From assembly GCA_040403845.1 (NCBI GenBank), contig JBBAJU010000010.1:12369-76368 (forward strand): a DNA stretch of 64,000 nt, given 5' to 3'. The notes under the pieces were generated by a model. That model worked only from the letters and a program-made list of their open reading frames with translations. It was not told the origin of the DNA and did no database searches. Both the position numbers and the translations under genes were made by a program. This stretch comes from Sediminibacterium sp. GTDB lineage: Bacteria > Bacteroidota > Bacteroidia > Chitinophagales > Chitinophagaceae. Positions within the stretch are counted from its first letter, which is position 1; every line of letters starts with the position of its first letter. Of the stretch, positions 47,039 through 57,279 are shown one piece after another.

Positions 47039-48466
47039 TTAAGGTTGATCTACAATTGTTCCTAAAAGGGTAGCCCTTGTGCAATCATGAATTTTCACCC
47101 ACACATAATCTCCAGGCTTTTGATAATCTGCGCTTTTGGGAAAAACGGTAATTTTATTTTGACTGGTTCTACCTGTCCAATCATTTACGTCTCTCTTAGA
47201 ATGGCTTTCAATTAAAATCTTAAACGTTTTGCCAATATCATTCAAATTACTTTTTGTAGAAAGTTCACCCTGCTTGTCTACTATCTCTTGTAAACGTCGT
47301 TTTTTGTCTTCTAAAGAAATGTCATCTTTAAAACGTCTTGCGGCTAAAGTTCCTGGACGTTCGCTATAGAAATACATATAACTCATGTCGAAGCCACAAT
47401 AGTCCATTAAGGTTAAAGTATCTTGATGTTCTTCTTCAGTTTCAGTACAGAATCCTGCAATCATATCAGAAGTTAAACCGCATTCTGGTAAAATTCCCCT
47501 GATACGATCTACTTTAGCCAAATACCATTCTCTAGAATAAGTCCTATTCATTAATTGTAAGACCCTTGTATTACCACTTTGAACTGGCAGATGAATGCAT
47601 TTGCAAATATTTTCATATTTAGCCATTGTGAACAAGACATCATCTGTAATATCTTTTGGGTGCGAAGTACTAAATCGAACCCTTAAAGTTGGGCTTACTA
47701 AAGCAGCTAATTCTAGTAAGTTGGCAAATGTGACGGTTTCGTTTTCAGATTCATTCACCCAATGATAACTGTCTACATTTTGACCTAATAAAGTAATTTC
47801 TTTATAGCCCTGTTCTACCAAAGATTTTATTTCTTCAATAATTGAGCTGGCAGACCTACTTCTTTCTCGGCCTCTTGTAAAAGGAACCACACAAAAGCTG
47901 CACATATTATTGCACCCCCTTGTAATTGAAACAAATGCGGTAATGCCATTACTGTTTAGCCTAATGGGAGCAATGTCTCCGTATGTTTCGTCTCTACTTA
48001 ATAATACATTGACCCCTTTTTGTCCGGCTGATGCTTCTTTAATTAAAGCCGGTAAAGATCTATATGCATCAGGGCCAATGACTAAGTCCACTAATTTTTC
48101 TTGTTCTAATAATTGTGCTTTTAACCGCTCAGCCATACAGCCAAGTACCCCAATTAAAATGCCAGGTCGGGTACGTTTGATTTTTCTAAATTCAGTTAAA
48201 CGCTTACGAATCGTCTGTTCCGCCTTCTCTCTAATTGAGCAGGTATTGATTAAAATTAAATCAGCAATTTCAAAGTTAGGGGTAGCGCTGAATTCATTTT
48301 CTTGTAAAATAGCTGCAACTACTTCACTATCTGAAAAATTCATTGCACAACCATAACTTTCGATATAGAATTTTTTTCCATGCAATAACGCTGTTTCACC
48401 TGCCTTAAAAGCTTCACCCTGCCTTGCTTCGTCGTGTTGTTTATCAATTAATGCTGCAAGTTCCAT
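47039..48466 (-). CDS. miaB: tRNA-i6A37 methylthiotransferase MiaB
   Basis: [26 protein letters not shown] radical-SAM motif, C-terminal TRAM. Confidence 0.96.
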   Translation of the reverse strand: MELAALIDKQHDEARQGEAFKAGETALLHGKKFYIESYGCAMNFSDSEVVAAILQENEFSATPNFEIADLILINTCSIREKAEQTIRKRLTEFRKIKRTRPGILIGVLGCMAERLKAQLLEQEKLVDLVIGPDAYRSLPALIKEASAGQKGVNVLLSRDETYGDIAPIRLNSNGITAFVSITRGCNNMCSFCVVPFTRGRERSRSASSIIEEIKSLVEQGYKEITLLGQNVDSYHWVNESENETVTFANLLELAALVSPTLRVRFSTSHPKDITDDVLFTMAKYENICKCIHLPVQSGNTRVLQLMNRTYSREWYLAKVDRIRGILPECGLTSDMIAGFCTETEEEHQDTLTLMDYCGFDMSYMYFYSERPGTLAARRFKDDISLEDKKRRLQEIVDKQGELSTKSNLNDIGKTFKILIESHSKRDVNDWTGRTSQNKITVFPKSADYQKPGDYVWVKIHDCTRATLLGTIVDQP

Positions 48467-48555
48467 CCTTCAATAATTAAGGAGTAAAGGTACAAATTAT
48501 CCTTGATTTATGCCAGTTTGTCAGCAATAAAACAATAAAATTACTAGGGGTTTGC

Positions 48556-48563
48556 TATATTTG
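48556..48563 (+). promoter_or_regulatory. -7 promoter element for the DUF3078 gene
   Basis: TATATTTG 18 nt before ATG 48582. Confidence 0.5.
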
Positions 48564-48581
48564 ATACTGAAAAATGTACGC

Positions 48582-49532
48582 ATGAAGAAAATTTTCCTGT
48601 GGTTAACCATTTTGTTAACAACCGGATTTATTGTGAAAGGTCAGGATAATGTTGTGCAGGCCCTAAAAAGAGAGATCAATCGGACAATAAAAAAGGATAA
48701 TGATACAACGGTGTGGAATTGGAAACGAGGAGGGTTATTTAGCTTTAATTTAGCGCAAGGCTCTTTAAGTAATTGGGCTTCGGGTGGCGATAATTTTTCG
48801 CTAACTGCCAATGGATACATGAATTATTTTATTCTATACAAACACGGACGGCATTCCTGGGATAATTCTGTGGATATAAATTTGGGGTATATTCAAAGTA
48901 CCAGTTTAGGAAGTCGGAAGAATGATGACCGTATAGACTATTTGAGTAAGTATGGTTATAAAATGGATTCATTAGGAAAGTGGTATGTTTCTTCGCTTAT
49001 CAATTTTAGGTCACAGTTTTTTGATGGGTTTACCTTCAATAATAATATTCCAACATTTACTTCTTCTTTATTGTCACCTGCATATATTATTTTGTCTGCA
49101 GGTTTCGATTACAAGCCTGACCCTTTTCTTTCAGTATTCATTTCTCCATTAACTTCAAGGTGGATTGTATTGGCAAATAAATCATTATCAGATAGAGGGG
49201 GGTATGGGGTACCGGCAGGTGCTGGAAATTTTAATGAAATAGGCTCCTTTATCACACTAAATTATAGTAATACCATTGCCAAAAACGTTACTTATAAAGG
49301 TAAAATGGATTTGTTTTCTAATTACCAGAATAGACCTCAGAATGTAGACTTGTTTATGACGAATTTATTCTCTTTTAAGATCAATAAATTCTTTTCTGCA
49401 ACGTATAGCTTAGACCTGATTTACGATGATGATGTAAGACTTTTTGGTCCTTCCAAGAAATCACCAGGTCTCCAAACAAAAAGCCTAATAGGCATTGGTT
49501 TTTTAAAACCGCTTAATACCAAAAAAAGTTAG
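48582..49532 (+). CDS. DUF3078 outer-membrane beta-barrel protein
   Basis: SNWASGG, RKNDDRID..SKYG, FRSQF..G; signal peptide from ATG 48582. Confidence 0.85.
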   Translation: MKKIFLWLTILLTTGFIVKGQDNVVQALKREINRTIKKDNDTTVWNWKRGGLFSFNLAQGSLSNWASGGDNFSLTANGYMNYFILYKHGRHSWDNSVDINLGYIQSTSLGSRKNDDRIDYLSKYGYKMDSLGKWYVSSLINFRSQFFDGFTFNNNIPTFTSSLLSPAYIILSAGFDYKPDPFLSVFISPLTSRWIVLANKSLSDRGGYGVPAGAGNFNEIGSFITLNYSNTIAKNVTYKGKMDLFSNYQNRPQNVDLFMTNLFSFKINKFFSATYSLDLIYDDDVRLFGPSKKSPGLQTKSLIGIGFLKPLNTKKS

Positions 49533-50650
49533 TTGGTAATTACTTTTAGCGTGTGCTTTATCTTATTGGCTTTATGGGTAAGATCTTGATAATCCTTATG
49601 AAGAATGGTAACATGCCCCATTTTTCTTCCAGGCTTAGTTTGCAACTTGCCATATAAATGAACAAAAGCATTATCTGTTTTTAAAACTTCTTCTAATCCT
49701 TTGTAAACAGCTTTGCCACTATATCCTTCTTCCCCTATTATATTCACGATAGCTGCGGGTAGAATTGGTGCTGTATTCCCAAGTGGAAACTGTAAAATAA
49801 TTCTCCAGAGCATATCATATTGGCTACAGTAATTTGCTTCAATAGTATGATGCCCGCTATTATGAACACGCGGTGCGGTTTCATTTACCCAAACTTCATC
49901 ATGCTGATCAATGAACATTTCCACCGCAAATAGCCCAGGACTATTCAGGGCTTTAGCAAGTTTAACTGCAACTGCTTCAACCACCCAAAGTATTTTTTCA
50001 GGAATAAGTGCAGGACTAATTTGATAATCTAATAGATTCAGAGCGGGGTTGACCATCATTTCTGAAGCAGGGAAAAGTGCAGTCTCCCCTTTATCATTCA
50101 TGGCTATAATAAGCGCTATTTCTTTTTTTATATTTACTTTTTTCTCTAAAACACTCGCGGCTTGAAAAGATTTATCTATGTCGTACTCATTATTCAGTAC
50201 TTGTACTCCTTTTCCGTCGTAGCCTCCCTCTCCAATTTTATGAACCGCAGGTAAAAAATCAAGGTGATTTAGTAGATCTTCTTTTGAGGTAGTTACAATA
50301 AAATCACTACTAGGGATTCCATTGTCCTTATAAAACTGTTTTTGAACAATCTTATTCTTTATGGTTCTGATGGCCGAAGGATGCGGGTATATTTTTACCC
50401 CTTCTGCCTGTAACTTTTCTAATGCATCTACATTCACTGACTCAATTTCGATGGTAATTGCATCTAAGCCTTGCCCAAACTGATAAACCGTATCAAAATC
50501 GGTAATATCTCCTTTGGTAAAATGGTGACAAAGATGGGCAGAAGGACATTCTTCGTCATTTTCTAATACAAATGTTTCCACAGTGTAATTTGCAGCAGCT
50601 TGAAGTAACATACGTCCTAATTGGCCACCTCCTAGAATTCCAACTTTCAT
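49529..50650 (-). CDS. purK: N5-carboxyaminoimidazole ribonucleotide synthase
   Basis: GGGQLGRM, GYDGKG, NETAPRVHNSGH, YGK..KPGRKMGH. Confidence 0.96.
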   Translation of the reverse strand: MKVGILGGGQLGRMLLQAAANYTVETFVLENDEECPSAHLCHHFTKGDITDFDTVYQFGQGLDAITIEIESVNVDALEKLQAEGVKIYPHPSAIRTIKNKIVQKQFYKDNGIPSSDFIVTTSKEDLLNHLDFLPAVHKIGEGGYDGKGVQVLNNEYDIDKSFQAASVLEKKVNIKKEIALIIAMNDKGETALFPASEMMVNPALNLLDYQISPALIPEKILWVVEAVAVKLAKALNSPGLFAVEMFIDQHDEVWVNETAPRVHNSGHHTIEANYCSQYDMLWRIILQFPLGNTAPILPAAIVNIIGEEGYSGKAVYKGLEEVLKTDNAFVHLYGKLQTKPGRKMGHVTILHKDYQDLTHKANKIKHTLKVITN

Positions 50651-50655
50651 AAGCT

Positions 50656-50673
50656 CAAAGATAACTAAATTTG
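50656..50673. promoter_or_regulatory. Back-to-back -7 elements for purK (minus) and hppD (plus)
   Basis: TATCTTTG on minus (50663-50656) and TAAATTTG on plus (50666-50673). Confidence 0.6.
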
Positions 50674-50678
50674 CATCG

Positions 50679-50726
50679 ATGTTACCCGACTATCCACATA
50701 AACGCTTTAGTGATCATAGGATTGAA
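50679..50726 (+). other. Candidate leader peptide (uORF) MLPDYPHKRFSDHRD in the hppD leader
   Basis: ATG 5 nt after TAAATTTG; TGA 50724-50726; translation not demonstrated. Confidence 0.35.
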
Positions 50727-50820
50727 TATAATCTTTTGATTGAAGCATTAACCATTAGCCATTGAGTATTGGTTGGTTTTTTGCATTTCAATCTTTTTTA
50801 ATTTTAAATTTCAACCATTT

Positions 50821-51954
50821 ATGAATACTTCTTCAGCAATTCCTGTGAACGCGGTTATTAAACAAGGCGATTTTCTACCGCTCCAAGGTACCGATTACGT
50901 AGAATTCTATGTAGGAAATGCCAAACAAGCGGCACATTATTATAAAACAGCTTTTGGATTCCAGAGTTTAGCATATGCAGGACCAGAAACCGGCATTAAA
51001 GACAAAGTGAGTTATGTAGTTAGACAAAATAAATTGACATTTGTATTCACTACCCCTTTAAGGGCAGGAAATGCTATTGCCGATCATATTTACAAGCATG
51101 GAGATGGAGTTAAGCACTTAGCATTAATGGTAGATGATGCTGCTGACGCATGGTTCCAAACCACTAGCAGGGGAGCGGTTTCTGATATGGAACCAGTTAA
51201 ATTTTCAGATGAAAATGGTGAAGCAGTCATAAGTGGAATAAAGACTTATGGCGATACTGTTCATTTGTTTATTGAGCGAAAGAACTATCAAGGTGTTTTT
51301 TTGCCAGGGTTTAGAAAATGGGAATCAACCTATAATCCAACCAGTACAGGATTACTTTATGTAGATCATTGTGTAGGTAATGTGGGATGGAATCAGATGA
51401 ATAAATGGGTGTCGTTTTATGAAAATGTACTTGGGTTTAAAAATATTTTGAGTTTTGATGATAATGATATTTCTACTGAGTACTCTGCACTAATGAGTAA
51501 GGTAATGAGCAATGGAAACGGATTTGTAAAATTCCCAATCAATGAGCCAGCAGAGGGAAAGAAAAAGTCTCAAGTAGAAGAATACCTCGACTTTTATGAT
51601 GGCGAAGGCTGTCAACATGTGGCATTGGCTACCAATAATATTGTTGCAACAGTAACAGAATTACAAAATAGAGGGATTGATTTTTTAAAAGTTCCCAATT
51701 CATATTACGATGATTTAATTAGCAGAGTAGGTGAAATTGAGGAAGACTTAGAACCACTTAAGCAACTTGGAATTTTAGTTGACCGAGATGATGAAGGTTA
51801 TTTATTACAAATTTTTAGTAAACCAGTAGAAGATAGACCAACTTTGTTTTTTGAGATTATTCAACGAAAAGGGGCGAAGAGTTTTGGGAAAGGTAATTTT
51901 AAAGCTTTATTTGAAGCATTAGAAAGAGAGCAAGACCTGAGAGGAAATTTATAG
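50821..51954 (+). CDS. hppD: 4-hydroxyphenylpyruvate dioxygenase
   Basis: HGDGVKH, DHCVGN, FPINEP, QHVAL, LLQIFSKP, FFEIIQRKG..FGKGNF; start ATG 50821. Confidence 0.97.
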   Translation: MNTSSAIPVNAVIKQGDFLPLQGTDYVEFYVGNAKQAAHYYKTAFGFQSLAYAGPETGIKDKVSYVVRQNKLTFVFTTPLRAGNAIADHIYKHGDGVKHLALMVDDAADAWFQTTSRGAVSDMEPVKFSDENGEAVISGIKTYGDTVHLFIERKNYQGVFLPGFRKWESTYNPTSTGLLYVDHCVGNVGWNQMNKWVSFYENVLGFKNILSFDDNDISTEYSALMSKVMSNGNGFVKFPINEPAEGKKKSQVEEYLDFYDGEGCQHVALATNNIVATVTELQNRGIDFLKVPNSYYDDLISRVGEIEEDLEPLKQLGILVDRDDEGYLLQIFSKPVEDRPTLFFEIIQRKGAKSFGKGNFKALFEALEREQDLRGNL

Positions 51955-51976
51955 TAATTTTCTTTAACCAATAGTG

Positions 51977-52009
51977 CGTCTCGGTTAATTATTTGACCGA
52001 GACGTTTTT
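51977..52009 (+). terminator. Terminator after hppD, possibly bidirectional
   Basis: CGTCTCGGT...ACCGAGACG plus TTTTT. Confidence 0.7.
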
Positions 52010-53657
52010 ATTCGTAAATGCCTTTATAATCTTTTACAGCAAGTGCTATTGCCTTACAAGACGAATATAATTCTCTGTTTAGATTAAATAGCGTAGAAAT
52101 ATCTTTTTCTTTCAATGCATTTTGACCAGCATGAAAATAGAAATGATTGATTCTATTATCAAAATCTGATTTGTTTTTTTCCAATAATGAATTAAATGTT
52201 TCTAGACCAATGTTAGCAGCTTTGTTAGTGAAAGACCAGTATAATTCTTTATAGAATTCACTTAATTCTGCTTGAAATTGATGGTACATTTCGTATTTTA
52301 ATTCATTGATTGAATTACTAAACTCAGTCTCATCTGGATAAATATCTTTCATTCCTTTTGCGGAATACATTGCATTCCTAAGCGCCTCAATCAGTTGATT
52401 TATTCTGATAATCTCATCTGATTGTTTCATTTGCGCAATCTCTTTAGCATAATAGGCAAGGATTTCTCCTTCTGTTTCTTTTAGTATTTGATATTGATTT
52501 GCTATAAGCGTTTCACCATTTTGTTTGTGTTGTTTCAAATAGATGCTTTCAAACTCACTATTGATTAGCCAATCTGGTTTTATATGGAAAGTTTCTAAGT
52601 TAAAGCGAACAACATTTTCAATAAAAAGACCTACTTCCTTACTCATCATATCTGTAATGGTAGAAGGAATTTCAGTACTTGCGTTTTGTAAGAACTGCGT
52701 AAGGTTTTTTTCTTTTTCTTTAAACTGGTGATCTAAAAAATTGCCATATTGATTTAAGAAAAAGTAGATTAATACTACCCCTGCCAAATTAATAAAAGTT
52801 TGAAAAGCTACTAATATCAAAATCGGGTCTGTTATTAATATAGTTCCTGAGATAAAATGGATAATTGGGTCAATAAAGATGAAGCCTGCAGCAGAAGTGA
52901 GTATGTTAAAAAGGCTATTCCCTAACGCAACTCTTTTTTTAGCTGCATTACCTCCAATTGCACCTAGAATTAATTTTACAGTAGTACCTAATTCTGCTCC
53001 TAGTACAATGGCAATAGCTGTTTCAATTGGTATAATATGCGCATATAATGCGGTTAATACAACCACAACTGTTGCAGAACTTGTTTGAACAATAGCAGTG
53101 ATAATAAAGCCAATTAGTAAAAAAACAATTCTTGGATAAGATAGGTATGGGGTAAAATCAAATTGGGTCATTAGGGCATCCATACTTTGCTTCATGAACT
53201 GGAGACCTAAAAACAACATGCCTAATCCCATGCAAAAAAGTGCTATTCTGTAAATGGTTTTCTTATGACTAAAAATGATTAAGCTAATACCTGATAGGCC
53301 AATTAACGGAAGTGTTATATTATTCAGCTCTACTTTAAATCCTAACATTGCAACTAGCCAGCTGTTGAATGTGCCCCCAATATTCGCCCCTAAAACAACT
53401 GCCATGGCATTCCGCATAGATAGAATTCCTGCGCCAACAAAAGAGAGGACCATTAAATTTACAATTGAACTGCTTTGAAGTATAGCAGTAACAAAAGTCC
53501 CGCTTAAAATGGCCCTGAATTGATGCCTGGTGTTTTTCTGCAGAAATAATTTGAAGGATCTTCCTTCCATTTGCTTCATGGAATCTTCTAAATGAAACAT
53601 TCCATAAAGAAAAAATCCAAGACCCGCAATCAGCATCCAAATATCTGTAGTTGACAT
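52008..53657 (-). CDS. Na+/Pi cotransporter family protein
   Basis: Repeated QSSS/QTSS and GANIGGT/GAELGTT motifs. Confidence 0.9.
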   Translation of the reverse strand: MSTTDIWMLIAGLGFFLYGMFHLEDSMKQMEGRSFKLFLQKNTRHQFRAILSGTFVTAILQSSSIVNLMVLSFVGAGILSMRNAMAVVLGANIGGTFNSWLVAMLGFKVELNNITLPLIGLSGISLIIFSHKKTIYRIALFCMGLGMLFLGLQFMKQSMDALMTQFDFTPYLSYPRIVFLLIGFIITAIVQTSSATVVVVLTALYAHIIPIETAIAIVLGAELGTTVKLILGAIGGNAAKKRVALGNSLFNILTSAAGFIFIDPIIHFISGTILITDPILILVAFQTFINLAGVVLIYFFLNQYGNFLDHQFKEKEKNLTQFLQNASTEIPSTITDMMSKEVGLFIENVVRFNLETFHIKPDWLINSEFESIYLKQHKQNGETLIANQYQILKETEGEILAYYAKEIAQMKQSDEIIRINQLIEALRNAMYSAKGMKDIYPDETEFSNSINELKYEMYHQFQAELSEFYKELYWSFTNKAANIGLETFNSLLEKNKSDFDNRINHFYFHAGQNALKEKDISTLFNLNRELYSSCKAIALAVKDYKGIYE

Positions 53658-53666
53658 AACACTAAG

Positions 53667-54233
53667 TTAAGAATGCCTTCTCATTCGTTTAGGACCATAC
53701 CAAAGCCAAAATCCGGTAATGGTAAATATTAGAAGGGCTAAGCCCATTATGGCCGTATATATCAACTTAAAATAACCATTCCACCCAAAATAAAAGTCAA
53801 TAATTGATCCATCATGAATTTTCTCAATAAAATCCGCTCGTCTTTTTTCAATATGTAAGATATTACCAGTACTTCCATCCAATTGCAGACCAGTAAAATG
53901 TTTTGTAAATGTGAACTTGACCATTCCTTTATCTTTCCTAATATCTATGCGATCAATTTCCGTAGAAAGATCTTTTGATACCGAGTCTCTTAAAAATGCA
54001 CAAGCTTTATGATGCAAGCTATCAATACTTAACCAGTCTTTCAAATCAGTAGAACTACCCGTATATGATTTTGCCATTATGAGCCCGCTACTGTTCTTTT
54101 TCCAGCCTAATAAAGTTCCAGTTATTGCGACAATAAAAAAGAATACAAATAAAACTGCACCTGTTAAGCGGTGTAGTTTTCTAAAATTTCGTAAAACTTT
54201 GGCTTGTGTTTGTCTGTTGTTGGCTTCTTTCAT
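53667..54233 (-). CDS. PepSY-associated TM helix protein
   Basis: LHRLTG...ITG, DGSTGNIL, EKIHDG, TGFWLW. Confidence 0.8.
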   Translation of the reverse strand: MKEANNRQTQAKVLRNFRKLHRLTGAVLFVFFFIVAITGTLLGWKKNSSGLIMAKSYTGSSTDLKDWLSIDSLHHKACAFLRDSVSKDLSTEIDRIDIRKDKGMVKFTFTKHFTGLQLDGSTGNILHIEKRRADFIEKIHDGSIIDFYFGWNGYFKLIYTAIMGLALLIFTITGFWLWYGPKRMRRHS

Positions 54234-54251
54234 TTGATGCTTCTATAGTAA

Positions 54252-54785
54252 CTAAATTTTGTTCCAATTACTACGGGTAATTTGATATTGAAAGTTTAAA
54301 CGATCAGGTTCCCCGTAATAAGGCATTAAAACCTCACCTAACTTTATTGCTCCCAATTTTTCCATTGCTTTTTGAGAACGGATATTTTCGGCCCCTACAA
54401 AAAAATGAATCGTTGAAACTTTTTCAAGTGCGTAATTAATCATTAAGTCTTTTGTTGACCTATTATATGGCTTACCCCAACAACCTCTTGCATAAAAAGT
54501 ATATCCTATTTCTATTGAATCTTTTGCAACATTATAATTACAAAAACGACTGCTACCGATTGCTTTTTTCGAAACTGCATCTAAAATTAGGAATGCGCCC
54601 TTCGATAAAATAGCACCTTCAAAAAAATTTTTAAAAACAGGTAGTTGGTACCTGTTTTTATTGGGATGTTGTTCCCAAATAAGCGGGTCTGATGCAACTT
54701 GATAAAGTTGATCAAAATGATCAGTAGTTAATGGGACTAGTTGAACAAAGTCATTTTTTAAATCATCGGGTTGCCAGTTCATCAT
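54252..54785 (-). CDS. GNAT acetyltransferase (RimJ/RimL-like)
   Basis: IGSSRF, EIGYTF, NIRSQKAMEKLG. Confidence 0.88.
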   Translation of the reverse strand: MMNWQPDDLKNDFVQLVPLTTDHFDQLYQVASDPLIWEQHPNKNRYQLPVFKNFFEGAILSKGAFLILDAVSKKAIGSSRFCNYNVAKDSIEIGYTFYARGCWGKPYNRSTKDLMINYALEKVSTIHFFVGAENIRSQKAMEKLGAIKLGEVLMPYYGEPDRLNFQYQITRSNWNKI

Positions 54786-54786
54786 A

Positions 54787-55962
54787 TTAAGATTGATAAA
54801 TTGATTTTTTACCAGCGATAAAACTAGCTATAAAGCAAATAATAAATGCATAAAATATATATTCTTTGCCAAACAGTTCATAAGCTAGAAATGCGGCAGC
54901 TAATGGGGTTCTAGCGGCTGCTCCAAATACTGTAATCATACCCAAACCCGCTAAAAAAGAAATGGGTAAAGGGATATACAATGATAGCATGCTTCCTAGT
55001 GTTGCACCAATAAAGAACAATGGGGTAACTTCCCCGCCTTTAAAGCCAACTGAAATAGATAAAATGGTTAGTAAAAGTTTTAATATAAAATCTGTTGGGT
55101 ATGCAGCAAAGGAATAAGCATTTAAAATGCTAGGGATTCCTAACCCAATGAATTGATAAAGCTGAGCAGCATAAACAATAACAGCAATAAGTATTCCACC
55201 AAATACGGCTCTCCAAAGTTCATCCGGAAAGTATTTTGATATTGTATTATTGAGTACGTTTAAACCGCTTTTAAAGATGAATGCCGCGATTCCAAATGTG
55301 AATGCTGCAAGTAATATAAAGAGCAAATTGATTCCTGTTAAACTCGGCATTTGTGTAATTGAATACACTGAATGGTTGATTCCCCACCAAAGGGTAACCT
55401 GATTGGCTAGTATTGAACAAATGAATATTGGCGTAATAGCTCTATTGAAGCTGATTTGATTATTGGTGAATTCTAATGCAAATATTGCACCTGCAATTGG
55501 AGTTCCAAATACTGCTCCGAAACCCGCTGCAACAGCAGCTCTAAGTAAAACTACTCTTTCAGATGGAGTTAAATTAAATGCTTTAGTCAGTTGATCAGAA
55601 AGTCCTGCAGATAATTGTAATGCAGTTCCTTCTCTGCCTACTGAAGCACCAAATAAGTGTGCTATAAGTGTGGTTAATAAGATGAGTGGAGCCATTAACC
55701 AATCAAGCAATGGTTTAGTTGGTTGTTGAATTGTTTCTGTAATTAGTTTGTTGCCCTTGGCAGATTTTTTTCCTATGTTTTGATACAGTAAAGCAGTAAA
55801 GAATCCAGCAATGGGCAAAAAGGAGATAAGCCAGATATATTCATTTCTTAGTGCTGATAAGTAATCTAGCGATACCAAAAATAGGGCAGAGGTAGTTCCA
55901 GCAAAAAAAGTAACCAATATGTTTAAAATGCTCCATTTAAGGAAAGAACTGATTTTTATCAT
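54787..55962 (-). CDS. CLC-family anion/H+ antiporter, CLC-F (fluoride) type
   Basis: GNKLI, GREGT and GEVTP signature motifs. Confidence 0.82.
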   Translation of the reverse strand: MIKISSFLKWSILNILVTFFAGTTSALFLVSLDYLSALRNEYIWLISFLPIAGFFTALLYQNIGKKSAKGNKLITETIQQPTKPLLDWLMAPLILLTTLIAHLFGASVGREGTALQLSAGLSDQLTKAFNLTPSERVVLLRAAVAAGFGAVFGTPIAGAIFALEFTNNQISFNRAITPIFICSILANQVTLWWGINHSVYSITQMPSLTGINLLFILLAAFTFGIAAFIFKSGLNVLNNTISKYFPDELWRAVFGGILIAVIVYAAQLYQFIGLGIPSILNAYSFAAYPTDFILKLLLTILSISVGFKGGEVTPLFFIGATLGSMLSLYIPLPISFLAGLGMITVFGAAARTPLAAAFLAYELFGKEYIFYAFIICFIASFIAGKKSIYQS

Positions 55963-56012
55963 TTTATTTCACTAACAGGATGAATAACTTTAATGAATAA
56001 AAATACAACATA

Positions 56013-56243
56013 ATGGAAAAACACGACTTGCACCATGAATTCCCAGAATTTGATTCTAAAATTTCTGAACTGAAAGTGGCCAATGCACACTTTAAAAAAT
56101 TGTCAGATGAGTATGATGAAGTGAATCACGCTGTTTATAGAATTGAATCTGGAGCGGAAACAACCACTGATGAAGTTTTAACTGAATTGAGGAAAGAAAG
56201 ACTACATTTAAAAGATCAATTGTATGCATTATTAACCCAATAG
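56013..56243 (+). CDS. YdcH/DUF465 family small protein
   Basis: HDL..EFPE...HF..L..EY...LRKERLHLKDQL. Confidence 0.82.
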   Translation: MEKHDLHHEFPEFDSKISELKVANAHFKKLSDEYDEVNHAVYRIESGAETTTDEVLTELRKERLHLKDQLYALLTQ

Positions 56244-56245
56244 CA

Positions 56246-57110
56246 TTAAGTCAAGGGTAGTTCTGCTGTAAAAGTACTGCCCTTGCCTTCTTGGCTTAGA
56301 ACTTTAATTGCACCATCATGTGCTTCCACAATACGTTTACAAATATTGAGTAAATCACATTTTTAGCTATTTCATCATAAAATAAAGTGCTAGAATCTTT
56401 CTACTGGTGTTCAGTAATATAATCAAATGCTTTTTGATAATAGGTTAATGCACTATCGTACAAGCCTTGCATATAGAAGCTAAGTGCAATATTGTTCTGT
56501 AATTCTTGTTTTCTATAATAGTTAGAAAATAATTTATCTTACTCAAACAATTTAAACGCTAATGAACTTTGTTGAAAACTTACAGTGGCATCTTTGAATT
56601 TTCGCTGCTTATATAAAATCATTCCTCCTCTGTAACTGTATACTTTTAAAGATCAGTAATCTTTTATTTTGGAGTTGAATTGTCTTGCTTTGTAATAGTA
56701 GGTATATGCTTCATTAAATTGATTGTTAACATACATAGCATCGCCATTGGTATAGTAGGCATAAGTAAATGCATTCTGATATTACTGCGGGTCTTTATCT
56801 TGTAATAAATAAAGCATTGAATCTGCATACAAATTAACTGAATCAGGCTTTTGTAAATGGTAGCAATATATGTCTGACCTAAAAGCTTAAAACTGAATTT
56901 GTTGTTTTAGATTCAGTTTTTTCCCATAAATAGTAGAATCAAGGAATACAATTTCACTTCTTTTATTGGTGTTTTTTGTTGACTAATTTCAATTTTGGCA
57001 GAATCTAAAAAACTTTCTTTTGCATCTCAATCTGTATTTTGCTGATTAGATGAACAGCTTCAAATACTTGATATGATATATATACATAAGAGGGGTGCAA
57101 TAATTTTCAT
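56246..57110 (-). pseudogene. Decayed TPR-repeat sensor histidine kinase
   Basis: Fragments MKIIAPLLCIYIISSI*SCSSN..., AYYTNGDAMYVNNQFNEAYTYYYKAR, YSYRGGMILYKQRKF, NNIALSFYMQGLYDSALTYYQKAF, LNICKRIVEAHDGAIKVLSQEGKGSTFTAELPLT*; several stops and frameshifts. Confidence 0.8.
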
Positions 57111-57226
57111 TGTGTTAATGTTAAACTTCTTTAAACTAAAGGGAGAATACTAATAAACATAAATATTAAAGCTTAGGCTAATTTAAGAAATGATTCTAAT
57201 CATAAAAAATGGGCCGCTAATCCCAT

Positions 57227-57260
57227 AAAAAAAGCGCCCCGATTTTAACCGGAGCGCTTT
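57227..57260 (-). terminator. Terminator after ahcY
   Basis: Minus strand GCGCTCCGG ttaaaa TCGGGGCGC plus T7. Confidence 0.7.
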
Positions 57261-57279
57261 AATAAAATGAAAAAAATGA

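Noticed and set aside
57190-57203. ATGATTCTAATCAT inverted repeat as a Fur-like box
   Set aside because: Only a partial match, upstream of a pseudogene, and plausible by chance at this AT content
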